Source of the DNA: Mytilus trossulus
Taxonomy: Eukaryota
NCBI RefSeq assembly: GCF_036588685.1
Contig: NC_086379.1
Location: 29,078,001-29,142,000, forward strand
Length of the DNA: 64,000 nt
Direction: 5' to 3'
In this document: one piece after another, positions 40,501 through 49,111 of the stretch
Layout of the letters: the number at the start of each line of letters is the position of its first letter
Position numbering within the stretch: the first letter of the stretch is position 1
Program-made: the position numbers and the translations under genes
The notes under the pieces: model-generated
The model's input: the letters and a program-made list of their open reading frames with translations, nothing else
Databases searched by the model: none
What the model was told of the DNA's origin: nothing

Positions 40501-43500
40501 AGGTCCCACAATAAAGTGCACAGGTGAATTTAAAAATTTAACTTCATGAAAATCGTGTTTTTATAATCCTAGCTAAAAAATGTAATTATAAGTATTGAAT
40601 ACTTCTTTTTGTAACTTTATAGGGTTGTAAAAGCGTTGACCGTGCGTATATTTTTAGAATGAAGCGCTTCCGCGCTTCATACAAAATGTACTTCGGTCAA
40701 CGCTTTTACACCCCAATAAATTTACAAAAAGAAGCATTCAATTCTTAAATGGTAAAATAAAGATTATGAGCTTGGTTTTGAGATGAAAGTCTTTCACAAA
40801 AACAAAAAAATTGGCTTGAATATAATATCTTTGGATTTTACTGTAAAGACTAAAGAAAGAAGAATTGTATAGTTTACTCAGTAAATTGGATTAATGCATC
40901 AATAAGAAAATATATGAGGAGCTAAAATATTATAAAATGATGTGATGGCCTAGTGGTCTAAGCAGTGTATATCTACAGTCATCACTAGCCTGCAAACACT
41001 GAGGTGGAACCTGCTTGTTGTAAGGTGTGTTTGACTTTTATCTTAGTTGAGGCCTGGAAGTCTAAGAAGGGTATATCTACAGTCATCACTAGCCTGTAAA
41101 CACTGAGGTGGAACCTGCTTGTTGTAAGGTGTGTTTGACTTGTATCTTAGTTGAGGCCTGGAAGTCTAAGTAGTGTATATCTACAGTCATCACTAGCCTG
41201 TAAACACTGAGGTGGAACCTGCTTGTTGTAAGGTGTGTTTGACTTTTATCTTAGTTGTGGCCTGGAAGTCTAAGTAGTGTATATCTACAGTCATCACTAG
41301 CCTGTAAACACTGAGGTGGAAACTGCTTGTTGTAAGGTGTGTTTGACTTTTATCTAAGATGACTGGGATTTTCCTGCCATAGATTAGTGATTACCTGGGA
41401 TAAAAACTGGCCATCATGAGGAGCACTGGTGGAGGAATCAACAGTCACTGACCTTCGTTATGAAAACTGGCAATCCTAGTCAATAAGTTAGAAGCCGTAC
41501 ACACCAGCCGTGTGTGTGGTACAGACCTAGACCTCAGTATTGATAGGCTGAAATGATTCAACAGATGGACACAGAGGCCACACCTTGATCATTGAATTTT
41601 GAAAGCTACAAATTTGAATTAACCGTAATGTCAGGTGTAAATTATAATATATACACCAAATAGAACTAACACCCTCTTATATCTTATACTTCTTGTATGG
41701 TTCTTTTGAGTTGACCCCTTTGTGGGTACGAATAGAAGATAAACAGATAATGAAGAGTGCGTTATACAACAACAGAACAGATAAATTCAGCAAACACATC
41801 ATCACAGTGTATGATAAGCCAATTCTGTTGTATACTTGTTAATTTCTGAAACTGATTTTATAATTGACAAGATAGGAAGAAGGTGATTAAACTCCATTGG
41901 TGGTAAGATCACATCTGCTATCCATGTTGTTTGGAGCTGCACATCTGGCCATCTTATCTTATGTCTATATAGATCTTATGATAAAATTTGCGTTTCTCAG
42001 CACCATACATTGTTCAGTATAGATAAAACTACCACAATTTTCTGACAAAGCTGAGCAGTGCTATCTGCATAATTTTCAAACCCATTGTGTCAAGTGAGTA
42101 CCAGTTCTGCAATTTGGTGCAAAAAGGCAATCCTTTAAAATTTAAAAGTTATTTTCTACTTGGTGGCCTTTAGCAGTTTTCTGCTCTTTGGTCTGGTTGT
42201 CTCTTTGGCACATCCTCATTTCAATTCTAAATTAAACTTTTAAATAAACCCCAAAGAATCAAATGGTTGATACCTAAAATTCTGTATCAGCATCCAAACA
42301 CATCATGCCAACACATATCTCTATATCAAGGACAAAATTAATCGATCATCAAATTTTTATAAAGTAAACCTACACAATAAATGGTTATTTTGTTTGCTTT
42401 GAATTTAATACAACAGGAAAACATACAATTAGCTAGACTATGATTCAGTCCTTTAATGAATACCGTTAGGACCAATTAAGCTGGATATTTTGTTCAGATT
42501 TTCATAATAAAAGACGAAAAATAGATAAATAATTACAGTAAAACATGTATTTTCTTTAGTTAGATTCTTTTCATGTTGTCAACTTTAAATTGATTGCTAT
42601 TTACTACTTTGAGTCACTAATTAAGTTTTATCATATTGATTCATTTTTGCTTGCTTTATATGTCCAGTGGAAAATATTACAGATTCAGATACATCAAATA
42701 AAATGCTCTTTAGGAATAGGACCAAAATTCAAATAATAAGACCACCTCATCACTTTTTAACATAAATATCAGTCATCATGCCTTTGGTCGAAATATAATT
42801 TTGGTATTCAAGTAAAATCACTTCATGTATTTTTCAACAAATTCTCAATAAATGTTTGGATTGTGTCCCTTTTGGATACCCCTGGTTTTTGGCTAATTGT
42901 CTTGTACAGAATCCAAAACAATGCTGGCCATAGTGTTATCTGTTTTACATCCTTTAGTATTTGAGCAAAGGTCAATGGCACTGACAAATCAATATTTTTT
43001 TAATTTAATGTGATTGCCCCACAAAAATGGGACAGGGTGTTTTTTTTGTATATTAAAGAAGAATTTTGACTAATCATCTGTATTTCACCTCAACTATTCA
43101 AGAGCCACCTATGTCCTAAATTTCAGACAATTCTTTAGAGATCTCCAGGGTTGACAATAAAATAAAAGATCAACAAAACTTATCATAAATCGCTATCAAT
43201 AAAAACATTAATCAAACTTTGTTTGTTTACATAATTTACCCTGATATATACAATATATCCTAAGGGTTTGAAGTTGTTTTTTATTGAGATAATTCCTCTG
43301 ATTCACAACTTTTTGACATAAATATCTGGAAGGTACAAACTTTAACCACTCCAAATGTATTTTATGCAATAAAATAACAAGAGTACTTTGGGGTATATCT
43401 GTTTATAGCACATGGATTTGTACAAAAAAGGGAATCATTTGATTTCATTGTTTATTTCTTGATCTCAGTTAATCACACTGATCTTAAATCAAATCTTTTT

Positions 43501-46500
43501 CAGTTATTCTATTTTATGAAACTAAATTAAACCAAAATAGAAAGAATAAATTTACTCATATTCTTAGACATGATATGAGTTTCATTATATAAAAAAGAAG
43601 ATGTGGTATGATTGCCAATGAGACAACTATCCACAAAAGACCAAAATGACACAAACATTAACAATTATAGGTGACCGTACGGCCTTGAACAATGAGCAAA
43701 GTCCATACTGCTCATATGGGCACTAATATGTTAATCCCACTGAAAAAGATATACAAATGCAAATCCATTATTTTTCACATTTTAAAATTGAGAATGGAAA
43801 TGGGGAATATGTCAAAGAGACAACAACCCGACAAAAGAGCAAACAACAGCTGAAGGACACTTATCGGTCTTCAACACAGCAAGAAAAAATCTTGTAAATG
43901 AATATTTACAATTTTGCCTTCCCCCACATCCCAAAAAATAAGAAAATGGAAGAAGATTTTTACAGTTGTGACAGTATTACATCTGAAGAAATATTATTAT
44001 GATAAATCTGATAAAGCTAATATTCTCTATGTTGATTAGACAAATACATGACAATAACTGTCACACCAATACTTTGTATTGAGGCAGAGTTGGTTACTGA
44101 TTCTTCCTACTGCCAGACAGGAAGTACATAGGGTTCAAGGTTCTCGAAAGTTCAACAGCACTAATTGGGAATGTGGCGAAATAATATCAACAGTAATGAT
44201 CATACATCTTTTTTTTTCTTTCATCCTGAAAACACTACATTAACAATTCAAGCCAAGAAATCGGTTCTTTTACCATTTACAAATGAGGTACATTTGGGTA
44301 ACATACAATCAATTAGACTTAAGTTTCAAGCTCCCCAGTAATTATTTCATATTTAAAAGAACACAATCATTTCCTTTTATAAAGACCATAAATTCATTTT
44401 TAATGTTTTGGAAGACGCCATTGTGGATTCAATAATTTTCATGGGTATATGGTACCAATTTTTAATGGATTGAGGAATTTTAGCAAATATTCAACTTCAA
44501 AGATTTGCTGAAGTCTGCATATAAGCCTTAACAAAAATTTAAACTTTTGCTAAACATTTAAATTTGTGGTTAACTTATACCCTTAAAACATATGAAAATT
44601 GGTAATCCTTGATAAATAGTTGAATCAACAATAACAAAGCCAGTTTAAATCTTTTAAAAATAATTTGTAATGAAAGTTTTAAAAATAATGCAAAAAAAAA
44701 AAACAACAAATAAACAAATCATGTCTAGAAACCATAATTTAACTTCATAGGGAAAAAAACCCTCATCAACTGCACCAACAGCTTGGGTCAAAGTCCAATT
44801 AGTTTTACATGCAAGAAGAAAAGATAAAATTATTATAATCCACCCTTCATCAAAACAAACTACAAGACAATCAAACAATTTAAATGTTGCTAGACTTACC
44901 CCTATGAAATCCGACCATAAATCCATAATTCCTTGCATTTTGCGAGTCCATGTCTAAATTACACAGAATCTGGTGAAGAAACCAGGTTGTGTTGTGTTAT
45001 TAACATCTGTCTGAGTGTGCAAAGCTATTAGCTGTATTTAGATTCGCCTGACCTAGATAGTTCACTCCAAATTACACATATTACACATCAAAAATCCTTC
45101 AATCTAAACATTCACTCAGTTTGTTTGATAAACATTGCAGATCAAACTACAAAATCTACTTTCCTTTTTATCTGTTAATCCACTGCATGTGAAACAAACC
45201 CACTATTCACAAAGTCTATCTTGTTTGAAAGGATTATTTGTTCTTTGTAAAGTTAAAAAAAATAATTTAACTGATTATCCAATGTTTTTATTACAATTCA
45301 ATGTATATGTTTATAAATCTGCAGAAAAGTTTGAGATTATCTAGAAGGCATTCAAATGTTTTGTCTAGAAGAATTATTCTTATAATATAAAATCCCAACA
45401 TTAGATTGTATAATCAATGACAATACATCACACTAAAAAAACTACACAATTTTTTTTCTTTTGTATAACTACCAAAAACACTGCTACATGTAATACATGT
45501 ACATGTACTGTGAAGATTTTTTTCTAAGTTTTGTCTATTTCACTTTTGAGGTAACAAAGTCAAGTGATGACGGAGTGAGGAAGTCTCATCCAATCTACAT
45601 TACATGCATGTTACACTGCATACGCACAAAGCCATATTCTACCACAAACTGACTTCACAACAAAATGTAAACAAACGAAAAGCCTCTAAGCTACAAAAGT
45701 ACATGACCCTTTCATATGCTTCAAATCCTCTCCAGCCATTCAAGGTTTATACTATTTTTTTTTACATGTACATGTAATAATCTTGCAATAAATGACTCCC
45801 ACTTATATATAAACATGTATATATGTATCCAATTACTTTTGGGAATGATAACCCAACCGGCCAATACACTATAGCTATCTCGTAATTGGATTTCCTTAGT
45901 CAACATGTAACATATAAACTCAGTTATGAAACTGATTCATCTTAAATTCATAACCATTTTGACATTTTATGATATATTGTCAATCAAATCTTCATACGTC
46001 CATATGGAGAAATTCATATCACTAGTACATACACAGGACTGGCTTTTTATGTAGAAATCAATGTCGTCCCAAATTAATTACGCAAACTAGATAATTATTT
46101 CTTATAACGAATCAAGCAGAAATACATTTAACACAAGAGTTGGATACTAGACATGAATATTTTACTTCCATTACTATTTAAAACCTGTCTTCATTATAAA
46201 AATAATACCTTACGTATTTGAAAAAGTCGTGAGCAATTAAATTAGTCAGACAACCTTAAAGCCTTTTTCTTAATTGAAACTCATTCTTTAATGAAATCCA
46301 ATGATTACGAAGCTTTGTGTTTCAGAAATAATATTGGAAAAATCTATGATATCATTAAAGGATTTACACATAATCTCCGATAAATTCCTTCAGGAAATTC
46401 AAAACGTATTTTTCTCTTGATTGGGTTTTACAAAGATACAAATGAATTAATTTTAAAGGAGATGACGAGAATACTTCATCAAGACAGCAGCCCAACAAAA

Positions 46501-49111
46501 CATAAATAAAAGGACAAAGATGAAGTACCTATTGCCCTGTGTAATTTAGCTTCCTGACAGAAAGAAGGTCATTTTCAAAGCAAACTAATCTTTCGAATTA
46601 CTCAAAAAAGCTTTTTACAACTGAAAATACCATAAATCCAGCTTAAATATATTAACCGATTTAATTATTTTGATTTTTATATAAAAACAAATTCCAAATA
46701 TTAAATGACCCAAACCAGTGAATCATAAGATATGAACATATAACCACAATATTGTAAGCAGTTGAATCTCATAAATGATGGATGCACCTGCATACTCAAT
46801 AACATGGTTATTTGTCGACTGGAAGTGGGTGGAAACACTCATTTGACCTCAAATATATTGAGTTACTTGAAAAGAGCTGAAGTGGTACCAGATACAAACC
46901 AGTCATATGAAGGGGGTCTCATTGGGGGGTTCCGATCCCGGATCCCGCTTACTGTTTTGTCAGATTCCTGTATCCAGCTTACACTATATATGTAAGCAAT
47001 TCTCATTTTTTTTGTGATTTCCTGGGTCCCGCAAGACCTCATTTCCCGTTTTCACGACACAATAATTTGACTTTCACGTGTCACTCTTACAAAAAAATCA
47101 GCAATCCTGCGACACGCTTAGACCCCAATGAGACCCACTATAAACCTTACAATATATGCATAAAATTAAACATCTGACACCATTCTGTATATCCTTAGAG
47201 ATCTACAATCATTATAATAAGTATTCATTTTTGAATATTATTATAAATGCAGTTAGATAAGCTGATTTTAGTATTTAGTACAAAGAAAGAGAGGTTTGGT
47301 GGTCATTACCATGGCCATGAAAAATCCCATTATGTGGAATAGAAGCAATATAGTATATCCTTGACCTGTGCTTTTTACAAATATAACTTATATTTTGTTG
47401 CAAACCCATCTCTAACCTCTTGTATGTTTTGTTCTCAATCTGACCCCACCCTCCCACTGTCCAGTAAATGTCATGTAACATTTGCATAGGCTTTTATCTC
47501 TTATCTAGGTGGTCAGTGAACTTTGTAACCTGCTTAAGTCTCAAACACAATAACAATGCATTAAATTTGCTGACACATATTTTCCAATTCTAATTTCCAA
47601 ATGATTTTTTCCTCTGTCTCATATTTCAATTTCATTCTGAAATATTTCTCCTAAATATTTAGAAATTTCAAAGAAATCTACCGAAATTTTCTTGCCTTCC
47701 TTCTGTTTTTTGTTATGGAAGATGAACGGATTAGTGGCCTTAAGAGTTGACATGCATGATCCGCAATTTTATTGGATCCAGGATAAACTTTCCACAGAAG
47801 TGAAAAGATCCATATTACGAATGTTTCAATATGCAAGATTTGTGAAAAAGAAAACAGGATAGACTGAATAGTCCTGAATATTAATAAGGAAGGAAGATTT
47901 TTTAAGTTCCTACTTAAAAACTGTGAGCTAAAAGTAGGTACATGTATGAAACTTCAGTGTTCTCAATTTACTTGTCAACTTTACATTACTTAGGTCTGTC
48001 TATCAGTTATTACATGTATGGTTTGTTCAGGGAACATTTTAGGTTTAGTTGCTATTTTTATTTCAGAAGTGCTCTATCCCTCCTGTAGTTAAGTATTCAA
48101 TGATTGACTAAAAACAATCACAAGTCTTTATTCATAACACAAATACTTGTCTTTTAACATCCATTACTTATAAATTTCTGTCGGTAAGTTTTTTTACTTT
48201 CATGAATATTCAGAAAACAAGGGACATAATTCAGTTTCTTGCTGAAACTGGGTAGCTTCCCCTTAATATCACAGGTGGGTCACTTATATCTCAATCACAG
48301 TCATAATCCAGACATCAAATAAACAATTACCTGACAAAACAAGCCACATCAACCTATGTCCAGCAGTCAGAATAAATTATACATGATAGTTCTAGGTCAA
48401 TGTTTGTTTCAGAGTAAACAATGCAAAATGGCCTTGTCCAAGTTATTTAATATAAATAATGCATCAGGTCACGAGGGGTCATGATCTTAAATTTTCTTTA
48501 CTCATAGCTAAATTTTGCAAATTGAACTTCAGGATTTTAGATTTTTCTTGATTTACAAATAGCATTGTTAAAATTTATAATATATTTGTATCAAAGCTCT
48601 AAGAGTTAAAACTGTGTATGCATTAACTTAACTATTGTCTCTTATTCAGGGCAGATCTAATTCCAAGACTTTATTTTAAATAAATAAATAAAGATTCAGA
48701 ATTTTGGTTATTTAAGACTGATTGCAGGTTGCTTTGTAAAGTTTTCAACTGATTGTATATTACAAAAGAAAGATCAGTGAGTTTGATTGTATGTGCTTTA
48801 TGGAGGTATACATAGACTGACTGAGGTAGTTTAATTGCAGGATTCTTACCTGACATGGATTTAGATTGAATGTAGGTTACTTTTCACAGATCTACACAGA
48901 TTGATTAGTAGTTTCTTAATGGATATTTATAATAGCAGATTGTTTGTTTTTTAACAGAGATCTACTATACTGACTTTTAGCATGTTTTTCTGATGCTGAT
49001 TGATCTGGTACGACTGTTAGTAGGTTTAGACATATGTGTATATATTACCTGTTGTGCTGGATTGGTTAAGTATATCTTCCTCTGACGATGCAAGAGACAG
49101 TGAGCGAGAAT
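7458..49111 (-). CDS. DLG5: Disks large homolog 5 (MAGUK scaffold), spliced gene span, 5' end incomplete
   Basis: 24 GT-AG exons with consistent phases. Domain order is coiled coil-PDZ1-PDZ2-linker-PDZ3-PDZ4-SH3-GK. DLG5-like motifs include HSRDSAIDADLQEWETE, ELRDPQFL, VIQGG and the C-terminal GIWVPSVL*. Confidence 0.95.
8087..8196 (-). CDS. DLG5: DLG5 GK exon 4 (ELRDPQFLAERLNAKAAKDIFEKFQKFEKDYNHQFS)
   Basis: tttcag / gtaagg boundaries. Confidence 0.93.
8580..8689 (-). CDS. DLG5: DLG5 GK exon 3 (GMHSLLNGSPSSIERLHRQHIYPIVIF...)
   Basis: IERL...IYPIVIF MAGUK motif, tttcag / gtatgt boundaries. Confidence 0.95.
9621..9748 (-). CDS. DLG5: DLG5 GK exon 2 (VMQASVQVMEQGLADGTYIDY...SIHEISDK)
   Basis: ttttctag / gtatga boundaries. 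Confidence 0.93.
10453..10554 (-). CDS. DLG5: DLG5 GK exon 1 (KKIRPVILLAPLSDPLIKKLVSESPD...)
   Basis: RPV start of the MAGUK GK domain, tttcag / gtaggt boundaries. Confidence 0.93.
11426..11467 (-). CDS. DLG5: DLG5 42-nt exon (DISVYTYTKIERMEC)
   Basis: ttttcag / gtaagt boundaries. Supplies the Y..(V/I) motif preceding the GK domain. Confidence 0.88.
11854..12056 (-). CDS. DLG5: DLG5 HOOK-region exon (LEDDFNLKRSQS...RRSFLQRRKHKRNNSKDSRE...)
   Basis: Basic RRSF..R..HKR..SKD motif, tttacag / gtaggt boundaries. Confidence 0.93.
12212..12381 (-). mobile_element. Truncated copy of the same V-like SINE
   Basis: Shares tttttattggtggagga and aggaaaactgacaatcct with the 14465-14721 copy. Confidence 0.7.
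12613..12832 (-). CDS. DLG5: DLG5 SH3 exon (PGDHFHVRVHFD...ELSFKKNDIL...WFAW...GTIPSK)
   Basis: MAGUK SH3 signature, cttacag / gtatag boundaries. Confidence 0.95.
13474..13576 (-). CDS. DLG5: DLG5 PDZ4 exon 2 (YNGVDFRKLTAEEASLELTKPCPSVRMLVQYNPA)
   Basis: tttgcag / gtaagt boundaries. Confidence 0.93.
13760..13940 (-). CDS. DLG5: DLG5 PDZ4 exon 1 (ASDTACEAARVLSFKK...LGISTIGGNAVGIFV...DQILE)
   Basis: GGN.GIFV PDZ motif, ttcatcag / gtgagt boundaries. An alternative in-frame ccag lies 6 nt inside. Confidence 0.92.
14013..14410. mobile_element. MITE with ~70-bp TIRs
   Basis: aatagaccaccttcgagttcatccgtcactgg / ccggtgacggatgaactcaaaagtggtctatt. Confidence 0.85.
14465..14721 (-). mobile_element. 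tRNA-derived SINE, V-domain-like
   Basis: Minus strand carries A box tggctgtgtgg, B box gttcgaaa, a ctccgggtactcc core and an (aaatc)n tail. Confidence 0.75.
14995..15142 (-). CDS. DLG5: DLG5 PDZ3-PDZ4 linker exon (YYSKTGDSSGEDS...PRASIV)
   Basis: attacag / gtaagt boundaries, phase 1-2 fits. Confidence 0.9.
15556..15658 (-). CDS. DLG5: DLG5 PDZ3 exon 2 (ICGINMRTASQEMASQILKQVGNSLSLLVQHNPD)
   Basis: ttttacag / gtaagt boundaries. Confidence 0.93.
15938..16116. mobile_element. MITE of the same family
   Basis: ctgtggattca / tgaatccacag TIRs. Decayed relatives near 44421-44632 and 53286-53500. Confidence 0.75.
16305..16467 (-). CDS. DLG5: DLG5 PDZ3 exon 1 (LHPGQTRTIYIERTSQPVGFQIETGPKGGTFV...GDQFLE)
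   Basis: PDZ signature, tttttag / gtcagt boundaries. Confidence 0.93.
16603..16938. mobile_element. Fold-back MITE with ~125-bp TIRs, inserted in another repeat
   Basis: acttttgactccagtttata...agagcaacgtaaagaagtaacatcaaacatttaa is mirrored at 16825-16938. Confidence 0.85.
17071..17278. mobile_element. TA-flanked MITE (Tc1/mariner-type target)
   Basis: TA|ctgtggattcatt ... aatgaatccacag|TA. Confidence 0.85.
17545..17620 (-). CDS. DLG5: DLG5 linker exon (SARSSPGSPMLESENIIDPEHARRR)
   Basis: ttttacag / gtaggc boundaries, phase 1-2 fits. Confidence 0.88.
18160..18455 (-). CDS. DLG5: DLG5 linker exon (SAGMSPVG...STFPRKVQQQQQQ...TGSVEV)
   Basis: ORF 18140-18502, ttctacag / gtgagt boundaries. Confidence 0.92.
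19115..19175 (-). CDS. DLG5: Candidate alternative terminal exon of DLG5 ((G)ATLTGPEDVHRNTYARSLV*)
   Basis: Strong polypyrimidine acceptor gtctgtcttcttccttgttag, in phase with the donor at 19487. AATAAA lies ~150 nt downstream on the minus strand. Confidence 0.4.
19488..20842 (-). CDS. DLG5: DLG5 end of PDZ2 plus long S/P-rich disordered linker
   Basis: ORF 19484-20842. Acceptor ttttaacag|GTG, donor TATGG|gtaaat. Contains the NGTWPK motif. Confidence 0.93.
21425..21528 (-). CDS. DLG5: DLG5 PDZ2 exon (DLGLHIEQGLYISRITPGSIVAKEGILTTGDRIVC)
   Basis: PDZ signature, tttcag / gtaagt boundaries. Confidence 0.93.
22201..22273 (-). CDS. DLG5: DLG5 PDZ1-PDZ2 junction exon (LVRRRRCITPRTWQPLQLSVMLGK)
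   Basis: tttcag acceptor, AAG|gttggt donor. VRRR marks the end of PDZ1. Confidence 0.9.
22425..23303 (+). mobile_element. Decayed 3' end of a non-LTR retrotransposon (ORF2 C-terminus, RTE-X/L2-like) with (ATTCTT)n tail
   Basis: Peptides KLRTYRKFK...LEKYL, RLAVERGRY, RICPLC and VEDEFHFIITC are interrupted by a stop. aataaa is followed by an attctt tail. Confidence 0.8.
24038..24244. mobile_element. PIF/Harbinger-type (Tourist-like) MITE
   Basis: Perfect >30-bp TIR gggctgttccagaaaatactatgtccccccccc, TAA target duplication on both sides. Confidence 0.9.
24760..24857 (+). mobile_element. Very short 3' tail of a related non-LTR element
   Basis: Palindrome atcaagggcccttgat, then aataaa and (ATTCTT)4. 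Confidence 0.55.
24894..24999 (-). CDS. DLG5: DLG5 PDZ1 exon 2 (VNDVIVQINNIDVTNFDKRSALQVLRNSSSSVASF)
   Basis: PDZ VND-I--IN signature, tttcag / gtaagt boundaries. Confidence 0.93.
25572..25947. repeat. ~4.3 x 87-bp tandem repeat overlapping a DLG5 exon end and donor site
   Basis: ttaccttaactttccatcagcaggact recurs with the donor-G complement at 25610, 25697, 25784 and 25871. Confidence 0.95.
25872..25999 (-). CDS. DLG5: DLG5 PDZ1 exon 1 (GGLNPENLGFDLCGGKEDPQC...SPADGKLR)
   Basis: LGF loop, ttttcag acceptor. The first donor AAG|gtaaca is the only stop-free donor. Confidence 0.9.
26446..26555. repeat. 2 x 54-bp tandem duplication straddling an exon/intron junction
   Basis: ttataaatgtatgcagtaattttgt at 26446 and 26500. 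Confidence 0.9.
26546..26681 (-). CDS. DLG5: DLG5 exon (EKYEAM...HSRDSAIDADLQEWETETQEIEI)
   Basis: ttttag acceptor, ATC|gtacgt donor. Carries the DSAID..EWETE motif that precedes PDZ1 in DLG5. Confidence 0.93.
26933..27248 (+). mobile_element. 5'-truncated tRNA-derived SINE (Deu/Nin-domain-like) with 12-bp target-site duplication
   Basis: B box ggttcgattcc at ~26954, A-rich tail. Perfect TSD aaccctctagca at 26921-26932 and 27249-27260. Confidence 0.85.
27837..28053 (-). CDS. DLG5: DLG5 coiled-coil exon (ALGEVEKYKKSRDWA...ELKEIR)
   Basis: tttcag acceptor, AAG|gtatgt donor. RDWA motif and phases fit both neighbours. Confidence 0.93.
30815..32029 (-). CDS. DLG5: DLG5 large coiled-coil exon
   Basis: Contains ORF 30786-31898 (E/K/Q/R-rich heptads). 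The frame stays open to acceptor cattgtag at 32030. Donor CATG|gtaggt. 1215 nt. Confidence 0.93.
35163..37164 (-). mobile_element. HINE-type element with ~120-bp internal tandem repeats
   Basis: subTIR aaggtctttcc at ~35174 and terminal hairpin taaggtctttccc-atgtag-gggaaagacctta at 37134-37163. ctttcatttgatat recurs at ~35222, 35342, 35461 and 35581. Confidence 0.75.
40590..40746. repeat. Long imperfect hairpin (~75-bp arms) at the end of an interspersed element (~40390-40750)
   Basis: tgtaaaagcgttgaccg / cggtcaacgcttttaca, loop gaagcgc-ttcc-gcgcttc. Confidence 0.85.
40945..41357 (+). repeat. 4 x 104-bp tandem repeat derived from a SINE head
   Basis: gtatatctacagtcatcactagcc at 40967, 41071, 41175 and 41279. 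Confidence 0.92.
41425..41582 (-). mobile_element. Degenerate V-like SINE copy
   Basis: tggtggagga...gaaaactggcaatcctagtcaat matches the 14465-14721 copy. Confidence 0.55.
43589..43711 (+). repeat. High-copy interspersed repeat family A (aaaaagaagatgtggtatgattgccaatgagacaac)
   Basis: Further copies at ~32060, 52013-52097, 57279-57455, and inverted at ~10322-10440 and ~17845-18010. Confidence 0.85.
43782..43885 (+). repeat. High-copy interspersed repeat family B (aaaattgagaatggaaatgggga..tgtcaaagagacaacaacccgac)
   Basis: Further copies at 449-521, and inverted at 16546-17018 (split by a MITE), 42160-42232 and 50421-50523. Confidence 0.85.
44900..44951 (-). CDS. DLG5: Candidate alternative first coding exon (MDSQNARNYGFMVGFHR)
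   Basis: ATG to a perfect G|gtaagt donor in phase 1, matching the acceptor at 32029. Confidence 0.4.
46912..47138. mobile_element. MITE
   Basis: TIR gggtctcattgggg / ccccaatgagaccc. Confidence 0.75.
48850..48856 (-). CDS. DLG5: Candidate alternative first coding micro-segment (ATG TCA G)
   Basis: ATG TCA G|gtaaga, strong donor, phase 1. Confidence 0.3.
49049..49111 (-). CDS. DLG5: DLG5 upstream small exon (D)SRSLSLASSEEDILNQSSTT
   Basis: Acceptor ttttttttcag and donor CAG|gtaata. 63 nt, phase 1-1, open frame, compatible with the exon starting at 32029. Confidence 0.7.

Noticed and set aside
44654-44938. ORF MQGIMDLWSDFIG... as the alternative first exon frame
   Set aside because: This frame reaches the donor in phase 0. 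Only the ATG at 44951 gives the required phase 1.
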